Part shown: positions 7,779 to 16,445 of the stretch, one piece after another
How positions within the stretch are numbered: the stretch's first letter is position 1
Layout: each line of letters starts with the position of its first letter
NCBI GenBank assembly: GCA_029004185.1
Contig: JAQUPB010000002.1
Location: 2,484 to 66,483 of the forward strand
Origin: Bacteroidales bacterium
Lineage (GTDB): Bacteria; Bacteroidota; Bacteroidia; Bacteroidales; JAHJDW01
Length of the DNA: 64,000 nt
Reading direction: 5' to 3'
Notes under the pieces: generated by a model
What the model was told of the DNA's origin: nothing
Databases searched by the model: none
What the model saw: the letters and a program-made list of their open reading frames with translations, nothing else
Position numbers and translations under genes: made by a program

Positions 7779-8395
7779 AAATTTTTAATCTTATTAAAGA
7801 AATTCAAGGCTTTAAAAAGTTTAGTAAATTTTATCTGGCTGGCGGAACTGCATTGAGTTTGCAATTCGGTCACAGAAAATCAATAGATATTGATTTATTT
7901 ACAGAAAAAGATTTCAATCATATTGAAATAAATAATTTTTTAAAAGAAAAATATAAAAACAGATATAAAAATTCTTTTTTAGATATTAATTCCTGCGGAG
8001 GTTTTATTGATGGAATTAAAATTGATATATTAGCCCATAAATATAAATTGCTTGATAATCCTATAGAAAAAGAAAACGTTAAATTTCTCGGATTAAATGA
8101 TATTTCTGCAATGAAAGTAAATGCTATTTATTCTGATGGTTCAAGAGTTAAGGATTTTATTGATATTTATTTTTTGCTTGATAAAATGAGTTTAAACGAT
8201 ATTATTGAGAATTTCAGAAGAAAATATAATTCAGAAAATTCTTATTATGCTACAAAAAGCATTGTATATTTTGATGATGTTCGTTTAAATGATTTTCCTG
8301 TTATAACAGATAAAAAAATCAAATGGAAAGATATTAAATCAAGATTAATTAAAACACATGAAAGTATTATTAAAAACAAATTAAAAAAGAGTTAA
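7751..8395 (+). CDS. nucleotidyltransferase, AbiEii/AbiGii toxin family (DUF1814-like, short form)
   Basis: 214 aa with N-terminal NTase signature YLAGGTALSLQFGHRKSIDIDLF (G-G-x...D-x-D). Confidence 0.7.
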   Translation: MLYKETVGLKIFNLIKEIQGFKKFSKFYLAGGTALSLQFGHRKSIDIDLFTEKDFNHIEINNFLKEKYKNRYKNSFLDINSCGGFIDGIKIDILAHKYKLLDNPIEKENVKFLGLNDISAMKVNAIYSDGSRVKDFIDIYFLLDKMSLNDIIENFRRKYNSENSYYATKSIVYFDDVRLNDFPVITDKKIKWKDIKSRLIKTHESIIKNKLKKS

Positions 8396-8406
8396 TTAAA
8401 AGCTAA

Positions 8407-9144
8407 ATGAAAATTTATTCCAGAATACTTGAAAACATTAAGAAAAACAAAAAGCAGTTTGCTGTTTTAATAGACCCCGATAAACTTGAAAAGGAAGAAA
8501 TTTCAAAAATTTCAAAAACGGCAAATGAAGCGGGAGTTGATTTTTTCTTTGTCGGCGGGAGTTTACTTACTAATGATAATCTTGATAACTGCATTAAAAT
8601 TTTAAAACAAAATTCAAAAATTCCTGTTTTAATATTTCCCGGTAATAACCTGCAGATAAACCAGAATGCCGACGGAATACTTTTCCTTTCACTTATTTCG
8701 GGCAGAAATGCCGAAATGCTTATAGGGAAACATGTTATTGCGGCTCCGTATATAAAAGCTTTTGGTCTCGAAGTTATTCCCACCGGCTATATGCTTATTG
8801 ACAGCGGAAAAGCGACAACCGCTTCGTATATGAGTAATTCATTTCCCATTCCCCATGAAAAAGATGAAATTGCAATGTGCACGGCTATGGCAGGAGAAAT
8901 GCTCGGATTGAAAACGATATATATGGATGCAGGCAGCGGTGCTGAAAAATCAATTTCTGCAAAAATGATTTCAAAAGTGAAACAGAATATTTCAGTTCCT
9001 TTAATAATAGGAGGAGGAATAAAAACTTCAGAAAAAGCAGTTGAATGCTGTAGGGCCGGTGCTGATATTATTGTTATAGGAAATGCAATAGAAGATAACT
9101 TTCAGCTTATAGGAAGCATTTCCGGTGCTTTGAAAAAAATATAA
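8407..9144 (+). CDS. geranylgeranylglyceryl/heptaprenylglyceryl phosphate synthase family protein (PcrB/GGGPS)
   Basis: 245 aa in TIM-barrel style. Motifs LIDPDK, FFFVGGS and C-terminal phosphate-binding IIGGGIKT...IVIGNA. Confidence 0.75.
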   Translation: MKIYSRILENIKKNKKQFAVLIDPDKLEKEEISKISKTANEAGVDFFFVGGSLLTNDNLDNCIKILKQNSKIPVLIFPGNNLQINQNADGILFLSLISGRNAEMLIGKHVIAAPYIKAFGLEVIPTGYMLIDSGKATTASYMSNSFPIPHEKDEIAMCTAMAGEMLGLKTIYMDAGSGAEKSISAKMISKVKQNISVPLIIGGGIKTSEKAVECCRAGADIIVIGNAIEDNFQLIGSISGALKKI

Positions 9145-9154
9145 AAAAATCTCT

Positions 9155-11488
9155 TTAATATTTTCTCACCAAATCTTTATCGAGCACATAAACGCAAATA
9201 TGTTTTGCTCCTTCCTGTGTATAGCCGAATTTGCATTTAAGATTTGTGATAAGCATTTTGATTTCTTTCTTCAGTTTTTCGTCGTAAGCATTGAAAGTTT
9301 GTGTGCCGAAATCAATTATTCCTCTGCGGAAATTAGCGTTATCAATGTATGGAGTAAGTGAATTTTCTTTAAGGTTTCTTGTAAACTTATTGAAAAGATG
9401 TTTGTACTGTTCGGTATCGGTAATTTTCTTTCCCGAAAGTTTTATTTCCTGCGATAGTGTTTTTGAGACGTATTCGCTTTGCATGTCCTTTCTGAATTGT
9501 ATTCTTTGTTCTTCCGAACTTGTTGTTCCGAGAAACATTGCTTCGAAATTTTTGAAGAAATTATCTGAAATTTCAATCAAATGGCCTGTATTGGTACATT
9601 TCACTTTTTCGCCGGGTTCATAATTTATTGCAAAAAGATAATCCTGTATATCGTTTGAAATCTGGGTTTCGTTGAAAAAATACATAGATTCTTTAACTTC
9701 CTGCAATACGTTGAAATCATACAAATCCTCGAGCGATTGAATAAATCCTTCGGGAATATATTCGACAAGCTTTTCACTGTCCTGCAGGAAAAATGATTTT
9801 ACCATTTCCATTGTTACAGGCTTTCCTGTTTTTGTATATTTTGAAATGAATGAATTGAAAACATTAAGAGATTGACGTCCCGAAATGCCATGTGCACCCT
9901 CATTTTCAGAATCGGCAATTATTTCTTTTCTTGTCTGCCTGTCGAAAGTTTTTATGTCTTCTTCGGAAAGCCAGGTCGGGATTTTGCCGGTATAAATGTC
10001 CATTTTCAACAACATCAGGTTCCTGTCGATATACTTTCTGTATTTCTCCGAATCCTGTATCCATCGGTTTATTGCGGGCGAATCTAAATTCAATCTTGTG
10101 GAAATAATTATTTTTGCAAAATTACTCAATACTCTCGGCAGGAATTTAGAAGTAACCGATTCGCTGAACTTGTTTTTATAAATTGCCACTTCGGTGTTAT
10201 AATCGAGAATATAAGGAATACAAACTGTTATAACCCTGTCCTGAAATGATTTCACGTTTTCATAATGCCGTTTATCTTCGGGATTTATCAAACCCACGAA
10301 TAATGTTTTTATTCTTTCCTCAACAAGTTCGACTTTATGAACGCCATCGCTGATAATGCCGTGCAGATCAATCAGTCTTTCAACATTGTGTTCTTTAATA
10401 TCCATTATTGTATGTACGCCGTTGTTGGTGCTTGCGAGATAAGAATGAATGTATTTTATTTCATCATTTTTAAATAATTCATTTATATTTTTCTGCAATG
10501 TAGGATTCGTTATTGGTTTTTTCATAACTTCATCACCGGGATTATAAACGCTTACACCGCTTCCGAACTGCCTGCTGAAATCCATCCTTCTTGCGTTTAT
10601 CATGTTGAAAATTTCGAGAGGGTCGCCGACTTTATTAATAAGGTTATTATAAATAGAGCTACAGATATGACAAGGAGAATCTTTTAAAATCCATTCATAT
10701 TCTTTATCATTAAAAATTTTATGCTTGAATTTTTCATCGGAAATAAGTTCGTCGAGAAAATTTTTTCTGAATGCTTTTGGTATTTGAAGAATAGGATGGT
10801 CGTGGCTCGGACATGGAACATCCAGAAACTTTTTCGGGTGAGTTGTTTTCAGATATTCTTCAGAAGATTGCTTGAGATTACTTTTTCCGCTTTCTTCTTT
10901 GCCGAAAATATTTATTTGATTTTGAAATTCCTGAAAATTGGAGATTTTATCAACATCAAGCCGCCAGTATGTTTCAAACATAAAACCCTCAGGAGTTTTA
11001 GTGTATGCTTCAAGCTGAAGAAGGAGATTATTTAGAAATGTGCTTTTGCCGCTTCCCGGAGGTCCTTCGAAAAGGTAAATATGATTGTTTTGTATACCCT
11101 TTTTAAAACTCTTTGCAAGATTCATAAACCGATTTGCGAACAAGCGGTCTGCAAAGAAAGGGTCATCACAATCCCGTACAAACATTTTCGAAAAATCGTA
11201 TCGTACAAAACCTATTGAATCGTTTGAAACTTCGTATTCATCTTTGCCTTCAGGAACAAAGTAATGAACCATGTCGTGAAAAAGCTGGAAAATATTCCTG
11301 AGTGCAAGTTCGGGCTGGTCGGCAACCAGATAAAGAAAATCGTTAAAAAGAATAGGCAGGCGGTTTTCTTTTTCGCGGATGTCATTGCTCAGGTTTATCA
11401 ATACTTCAAGGCGCTTACCTCTGCCCTGGATTTCTTCGAAATTTTCGATTTTTTTTACTTTGGTTTTCGGCTTTTTTTGTTTTGACAT
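9155..11488 (-). CDS. divergent PrkA-like AAA+ ATPase/kinase paralogue
   Basis: 777 aa with Walker A GPPGSGKS. The segment VPCPSHDHPILQIPKAFRKNF resembles the B. subtilis PrkA CPMHEDPLHLIPHHLRDDF region as I recall it. Confidence 0.6.
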   Translation of the reverse strand: MSKQKKPKTKVKKIENFEEIQGRGKRLEVLINLSNDIREKENRLPILFNDFLYLVADQPELALRNIFQLFHDMVHYFVPEGKDEYEVSNDSIGFVRYDFSKMFVRDCDDPFFADRLFANRFMNLAKSFKKGIQNNHIYLFEGPPGSGKSTFLNNLLLQLEAYTKTPEGFMFETYWRLDVDKISNFQEFQNQINIFGKEESGKSNLKQSSEEYLKTTHPKKFLDVPCPSHDHPILQIPKAFRKNFLDELISDEKFKHKIFNDKEYEWILKDSPCHICSSIYNNLINKVGDPLEIFNMINARRMDFSRQFGSGVSVYNPGDEVMKKPITNPTLQKNINELFKNDEIKYIHSYLASTNNGVHTIMDIKEHNVERLIDLHGIISDGVHKVELVEERIKTLFVGLINPEDKRHYENVKSFQDRVITVCIPYILDYNTEVAIYKNKFSESVTSKFLPRVLSNFAKIIISTRLNLDSPAINRWIQDSEKYRKYIDRNLMLLKMDIYTGKIPTWLSEEDIKTFDRQTRKEIIADSENEGAHGISGRQSLNVFNSFISKYTKTGKPVTMEMVKSFFLQDSEKLVEYIPEGFIQSLEDLYDFNVLQEVKESMYFFNETQISNDIQDYLFAINYEPGEKVKCTNTGHLIEISDNFFKNFEAMFLGTTSSEEQRIQFRKDMQSEYVSKTLSQEIKLSGKKITDTEQYKHLFNKFTRNLKENSLTPYIDNANFRRGIIDFGTQTFNAYDEKLKKEIKMLITNLKCKFGYTQEGAKHICVYVLDKDLVRKY

Positions 11489-11513
11489 AATGCTGAAATT
11501 TGCAATAAAATTA

Positions 11514-11540
11514 GTAAAAGATTAAAGATTAAAAATTAAA
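11514..11540. repeat. orphan run of AAAGATT words resembling the 4HB cassette arm
   Basis: GTAAAAGATTAAAGATTAAAAATTAAA, compared with arm TTAAAGATTGAAAAATTGAAAGATTAAAAGATT. Confidence 0.4.
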
Positions 11541-11609
11541 TTTAATAAATTTATTTATAAGTACTTCTGAATTCTTTGTTAATTTTGTTGATGTAAAAAA
11601 TAGTTAAAT

Positions 11610-12413
11610 ATGACGATTAGAAAAATTATTGCAGTCACAGTAATTATAATTGTGGTTTTAGCTGCAATCTGGTTATACAGAAATCGATGTTACTTGAAAA
11701 AATTATATGTTGAATCGCGGACCGATCTGAAAATACCTTATTGCAACCAAAAAGGAAAAACGTCAAATATAAACTTCAGCAATGTAAATTGGGTTCACAG
11801 GGTTAACAGCATTGAACGATATTTTGAAATTTGCGAAAAATATAACGGAATTGAAATTGATGTAAATTTTGATAGCGAAAAAAATTGCTTTGATGTATAT
11901 CATGCCCCAAAGTCCTCTGTAAATCTTTGTCTGGAAGAGATGCTGAAAAATGTAAAAAATCCCGAAAAGACTTTTTACTGGCTAGATTTCAAAAACCTTG
12001 ATTCAACAAATTACATCCCTGCTCTGAATAACCTCAACAGTATTTGTGAAAAACTTAAAATCAAAAACAATTTAATAGTTGAATCCTCAAATCCTGTTAT
12101 ACTTTCTCATTTTACCGATTCGGGATTTTATACAAGTTATTATATTTTTACTTTTAATCCTTATGCATTGTCAGATTCTGTTGCAAATTACTATTATGAA
12201 AAAGTATGCGCAATACTTGATAAAAGCAGAGTTTGTGCAATATCGGGTTATGCCCAGCAGTTGGTTTTCATGAAACATTTTCCGGGTTACGATTTCTTAT
12301 TATGGAACCTAGAAAGCAATAAATTTTGGAGTAATATTTTTAATAAAAGATATAAATCAATAAAGAATGTAAAGGTAATATTGGTTAAAGACATTACTAA
12401 AAGTTATATATGA
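11610..12413 (+). CDS. membrane-anchored PLC-like/GDPD-superfamily phosphodiesterase (menorin/FAM151-like motif pattern)
   Basis: 267 aa with an N-terminal TM helix. The ordered motifs WVHRVNS ... IEIDV ... YHAP ... WLDFKN match the pattern I recall for DUF2181/menorin. Confidence 0.45.
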   Translation: MTIRKIIAVTVIIIVVLAAIWLYRNRCYLKKLYVESRTDLKIPYCNQKGKTSNINFSNVNWVHRVNSIERYFEICEKYNGIEIDVNFDSEKNCFDVYHAPKSSVNLCLEEMLKNVKNPEKTFYWLDFKNLDSTNYIPALNNLNSICEKLKIKNNLIVESSNPVILSHFTDSGFYTSYYIFTFNPYALSDSVANYYYEKVCAILDKSRVCAISGYAQQLVFMKHFPGYDFLLWNLESNKFWSNIFNKRYKSIKNVKVILVKDITKSYI

Positions 12414-14098
12414 TAATATTTAAAAGAAAATACGATTTAGCATTTATTGTATATACGGTATGCTTTCCTGCAATTGCGTGTTTGCATGCCGAAAACATCA
12501 CTATAAATAATTTTATATTAGCAATATTTTTGTCTTTATTGATAGGAATAATAGTGTATCTTATTTCGCTGAATTTTGATGGTATTGGCAGAAAATTATT
12601 TTTATGGTGCTTTTATATTATTCTCATAATTCCTTCGGTCATTGTTTTATCATATATTTTAATTGACGGAACTTTAATAAAAGGTTCAAATTATTTTATA
12701 GTTTTTGAAACAAATTTCAATGAATCTTCAGAGTTTTTGAGCGGATATTTATCAGCAAAAACAATAACTATATTATTAATATACGCGTTACCTTCAGTTG
12801 CATATCTGGTTTTTTCGAAAAAAAGCATAATTGATTTCAGAAATAAAAAGCTTTTTTCATTTTCAATTAAAAGAGAGAAAAAGTCATTAGTATTAAAATA
12901 TAAATACACGGGAATTGTCTTTATACTGTGCCTGATCTTTTTGTTAAAAAATGAAAATATTACAAGGAATAATTATATTCTGGATTTTTACAGAAGTTTT
13001 TATTCTTTCAGGAAAATAATAATAAAATATAAGGAATGTGAAAGTAAAAGGAATGTAAAAAACTTTATTGTTACGACTTCTTTACCCAACAGTGCAAATA
13101 AGACATTTGTAATTATAATCGGAGAGGCGTTGTCAAAACACCATATGTCTTTATATGGATATGAAAGAAAAACAAACCCACTGCTCGAAAAAATCAAAAA
13201 TGAACTTCTCGTTTATAATAATGTGATTTCTCCTCATTCACATACGCTGGAAGTAATGAGATGTTTATTGACTTTTGCCGATAATGAAAATGAAAAACCT
13301 TATTTTGAAAAACCTTCAGTAATTGAATTATTTAATAATGCCGGCTTTGAAACATATTGGATAGAAAATCAGGTTTCCATGAGTAAATGGGAAAATACGG
13401 GAATAATATCTAATAAAGCAAAACATTTTTATATGGCAAATTCAGATGACACCTGGTTTTATTATAGTTCTGTGTTTGATGAGTCAGCACTTAAATATCT
13501 GAATAAAATTTTGCCTGATAAAAAAGGAAAAGATAAAGTTATTTTTGTTCATTTAATGGGGAATCATGCAATTTATGATAAAAGATATCCTCATTCATTC
13601 GCGGTTTTTGATAACAATAAGGATTTTTATCAGGTAAAACAAAATTTGAAGGATAACGAAAAAAAGATTGTTAACGAATACGACAATTCGGTATTATATA
13701 ATGATTTTGTGGTTTCATCAATTATCGAAAAAATCAAAAAAACCGAAAAGTTTTCATTTGTAATTTATATACCTGATCACGGCGAAGAGGTTTATAATTT
13801 CAGGGATTATTACGGACATACTTTTTCAAGCAAGTCAAGTTATATGTGTGAAATACCTTTTATACTCTGGCGTTCGGAAGAGTTTAAAAAAGAAGTTAGT
13901 ATTTCGGTTGACACGACAAGACCATATTCAACCGAAAATCTGATATATTCCCTATCCGATTTGGCAAGACTGAATTATAATGATTATGATGCCGGTAAGA
14001 GCATATTTTCCAAAGAATTTATTGTAAGAAAAAGAATGGTCGGAGAACTCACATATGAAGAGCTAAAAGCAAAAACATTATCCCTTGGCAAGAATTAA
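12410..14098 (+). CDS. phosphoethanolamine transferase-like sulfatase-family membrane enzyme
   Basis: 562 aa with about five N-terminal TM helices. The sulfatase domain shows IIIGEALSKHHMSLYGYERKTNP and HLMGNH. An ATGA overlap joins it to the upstream gene. Confidence 0.75.
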   Translation: MIIFKRKYDLAFIVYTVCFPAIACLHAENITINNFILAIFLSLLIGIIVYLISLNFDGIGRKLFLWCFYIILIIPSVIVLSYILIDGTLIKGSNYFIVFETNFNESSEFLSGYLSAKTITILLIYALPSVAYLVFSKKSIIDFRNKKLFSFSIKREKKSLVLKYKYTGIVFILCLIFLLKNENITRNNYILDFYRSFYSFRKIIIKYKECESKRNVKNFIVTTSLPNSANKTFVIIIGEALSKHHMSLYGYERKTNPLLEKIKNELLVYNNVISPHSHTLEVMRCLLTFADNENEKPYFEKPSVIELFNNAGFETYWIENQVSMSKWENTGIISNKAKHFYMANSDDTWFYYSSVFDESALKYLNKILPDKKGKDKVIFVHLMGNHAIYDKRYPHSFAVFDNNKDFYQVKQNLKDNEKKIVNEYDNSVLYNDFVVSSIIEKIKKTEKFSFVIYIPDHGEEVYNFRDYYGHTFSSKSSYMCEIPFILWRSEEFKKEVSISVDTTRPYSTENLIYSLSDLARLNYNDYDAGKSIFSKEFIVRKRMVGELTYEELKAKTLSLGKN

Positions 14099-14116
14099 AA
14101 AGCTTCAAACAATGAG

Positions 14117-15973
14117 TTAATTCACGCTTTCCTCCAGCACCTCATCCTTTTCAATTCGCAGATTTTCAATAATAAAATTTTGTCTTTCGGGAGTGTTTTT
14201 ACCCATGTAATAACTGAGAATTGAATCAACAGAATCGTCTTTACGCATAATGACAGGGTCGAGACGCATTGATTTTCCTATGAATTGCTTGAACTCGTCG
14301 GGAGAAATTTCGCCCAGACCTTTAAATCGGGTGATTTCGGGCTTTACACCGAGTTTATTTATTGCATTTATTTTTTCGTCTTCGGAATAACAATAAATAG
14401 TTTCTTTTTTGTTTCTAACCCTAAACAAAGGTGTTTGCAGAATATATAAATGTCCGTTTTTTACAAGATCAGGAAAAAACTGAATGAAAAAAGTAATAAG
14501 CAGTAAACGTATATGCATCCCGTCAACATCAGCATCAGTGGCAATTATAATGTTGTTATATCTTAAATTTTCCAGGTCTTCTTCAATATCCAGCGCACTT
14601 TGCAAAAGGTTGAATTCTTCATTTTCATAAACAATTTTTTTCGACATTCCATAACAATTCAGCGGTTTTCCTTTTAAGCTGAAAACTGCCTGCACATTTA
14701 CATCTCTTGCTTTTGTAATTGAGCCGCTTGCTGAATCTCCTTCGGTGATAAATAATGTTGTATCCAGCCTGTCTTCGTGGTTTGTATTGTAATGATTACG
14801 GCAATCACGGAGTTTTTTATTATGCAGGTTTGCTTTACGGGAAGTTTCACGCGATATTTTTTTTATGCTTGCTATTTCTTTTCTTTCTTTTTCCGACTGA
14901 AGAATTTTTCCAAGCAATGCTTCAGCCACATCGGAATGAATATGAAGATAGTTATCCAGCTGACGTTTTACGACATCATTAATGTAGTTTCTGACTGTAG
15001 CGCCGTTTGGTTCCATTAATGTCGAACCGAGTTTTGTTTTTGTCTGCGATTCGAAAACGGGTTCATGAACTTTAACGCTTATTGCTGCAATTATTGATGT
15101 TCTTATGTCCGAAGGGTCAAAATCTTTTTTATAAAATTCGCGGATTGTTTTTACGATAGCTTCCCTAAAAGCCGCCTGATGTGTGCCTCCCTGTGTTGTA
15201 TGCTGCCCGTTTACAAAAGAATAATATTCTTCACCATACTGGCTTGTTAAATGAGTCATTGCAAACTCAAAATCATTTTCAGCAATATGAATGATGGGAT
15301 AAATCAGAGAACTGCTAATGTTTCTTTCAAGCAAATCGGCTAATCCGTTTTCCGAAATAAATGAATTTCCATTATAATTTACTGTTAGCTGCTTATTCAG
15401 AAAAACATAATTCCATATCAGGTTTTCGATATATTCATTAAAAAAATGATATTTACCGAATATTTTTTCGTCAGGAATAAAAGAAATTATTGTTCCGTCA
15501 TCCAGGTCGCATTTATGTTCTTTTTCTTCTTTTGCAACATCACCCTGCTGGAATTCCACAATCTTGGTTTTTTTATCCCTTATTGCCTGTACACAAAAAT
15601 AACTCGACAAAGCATTAACAGCTTTTGAACCCACCCCATTCAATCCTACGGTTTTTTTAAAAACTTTAGAGTCGTATTTTGCTCCTGTATTTATTGTTGA
15701 AACACAATCTATAACTTTGCCAAGAGGAATCCCCCTGCCATAATCCCTTATGGTTACTTTATTTTCTTTAACCGAAATATCTATTTTTTTCCCATAACCC
15801 ATTATAAACTCATCAATGGAGTTATCAATGGTTTCCTTAATCAATACATAAATACCGTCATCATGGGAAGAACCGTCTCCAAGTTTCCCGATATACATTC
15901 CGGGGCGAAACCGTATGTGCTCTTTCCAGTCAAGCGACTTTATGCTTTCTTCCGTGTATTTTTCCACAACCAT
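14117..15973 (-). CDS. parE: DNA topoisomerase IV subunit B
   Basis: Motifs [31 protein letters not shown] and TOPRIM EGDSA. ATG at 15973 (MVVEKYTEE) is preferred over the TTG at 15988 used in the track. Confidence 0.85.
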   Translation of the reverse strand: MVVEKYTEESIKSLDWKEHIRFRPGMYIGKLGDGSSHDDGIYVLIKETIDNSIDEFIMGYGKKIDISVKENKVTIRDYGRGIPLGKVIDCVSTINTGAKYDSKVFKKTVGLNGVGSKAVNALSSYFCVQAIRDKKTKIVEFQQGDVAKEEKEHKCDLDDGTIISFIPDEKIFGKYHFFNEYIENLIWNYVFLNKQLTVNYNGNSFISENGLADLLERNISSSLIYPIIHIAENDFEFAMTHLTSQYGEEYYSFVNGQHTTQGGTHQAAFREAIVKTIREFYKKDFDPSDIRTSIIAAISVKVHEPVFESQTKTKLGSTLMEPNGATVRNYINDVVKRQLDNYLHIHSDVAEALLGKILQSEKERKEIASIKKISRETSRKANLHNKKLRDCRNHYNTNHEDRLDTTLFITEGDSASGSITKARDVNVQAVFSLKGKPLNCYGMSKKIVYENEEFNLLQSALDIEEDLENLRYNNIIIATDADVDGMHIRLLLITFFIQFFPDLVKNGHLYILQTPLFRVRNKKETIYCYSEDEKINAINKLGVKPEITRFKGLGEISPDEFKQFIGKSMRLDPVIMRKDDSVDSILSYYMGKNTPERQNFIIENLRIEKDEVLEESVN

Positions 15974-16078
15974 AACTTTTTTTTGCAAAGATAGTTAAAT
16001 ACAAATTTAAAATTAAAGTAAAAATTTATAAGTGGTTGAAATTTAGCCGATAAATTTTTTTTATAATAATTATGTTTT

Positions 16079-16086
16079 TATATTTG
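16079..16086 (+). promoter_or_regulatory. -7 box TATATTTG upstream of the ArsR-family gene
   Basis: Exact TAnnTTTG, 33 nt upstream of the ATG at 16119. Confidence 0.4.
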
Positions 16087-16118
16087 CTGGCTAATCAAAC
16101 AAATATATACCTATATAT

Positions 16119-16415
16119 ATGAATAAAGCTTCGGTAGACAGACAGAGCAAGATAAATGAAGCAGTTGACAAACTCAAAGCAATTGCACATCCGATCCGAC
16201 TTGATATAATTGAATTGCTTGGAAGAAATAAAAAAATGACTGTCACCGAAATATATATTGAGTTGAATTTGGAACAGGCAATTACTTCACATCATCTGGG
16301 AATATTAAGAGATAAAGGCATACTGCGTGCTGTCCGCAAAGGAAAAAACATTTACTACATTATTAAGCAGGAAAATATTTTAAAAATTATTGACTGCATT
16401 TCAGAATCTATGTAA
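16119..16415 (+). CDS. ArsR/SmtB family transcriptional regulator
   Basis: 98 aa winged HTH: LKAIAHPIRLDIIELL...MTVTEIYIELNLEQAITSHHLGILRDKGIL. Confidence 0.8.
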   Translation: MNKASVDRQSKINEAVDKLKAIAHPIRLDIIELLGRNKKMTVTEIYIELNLEQAITSHHLGILRDKGILRAVRKGKNIYYIIKQENILKIIDCISESM

Positions 16416-16445
16416 CTTTGAAGGTTTTTAAAGACATAATTTAAT

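Noticed and set aside
15974-15988. TTG start at 15988 for parE ([11 protein letters not shown]..).
   Set aside because: An in-frame ATG five codons downstream (15973) gives a conventional ParE N-terminus. The choice is uncertain but does not affect the call.
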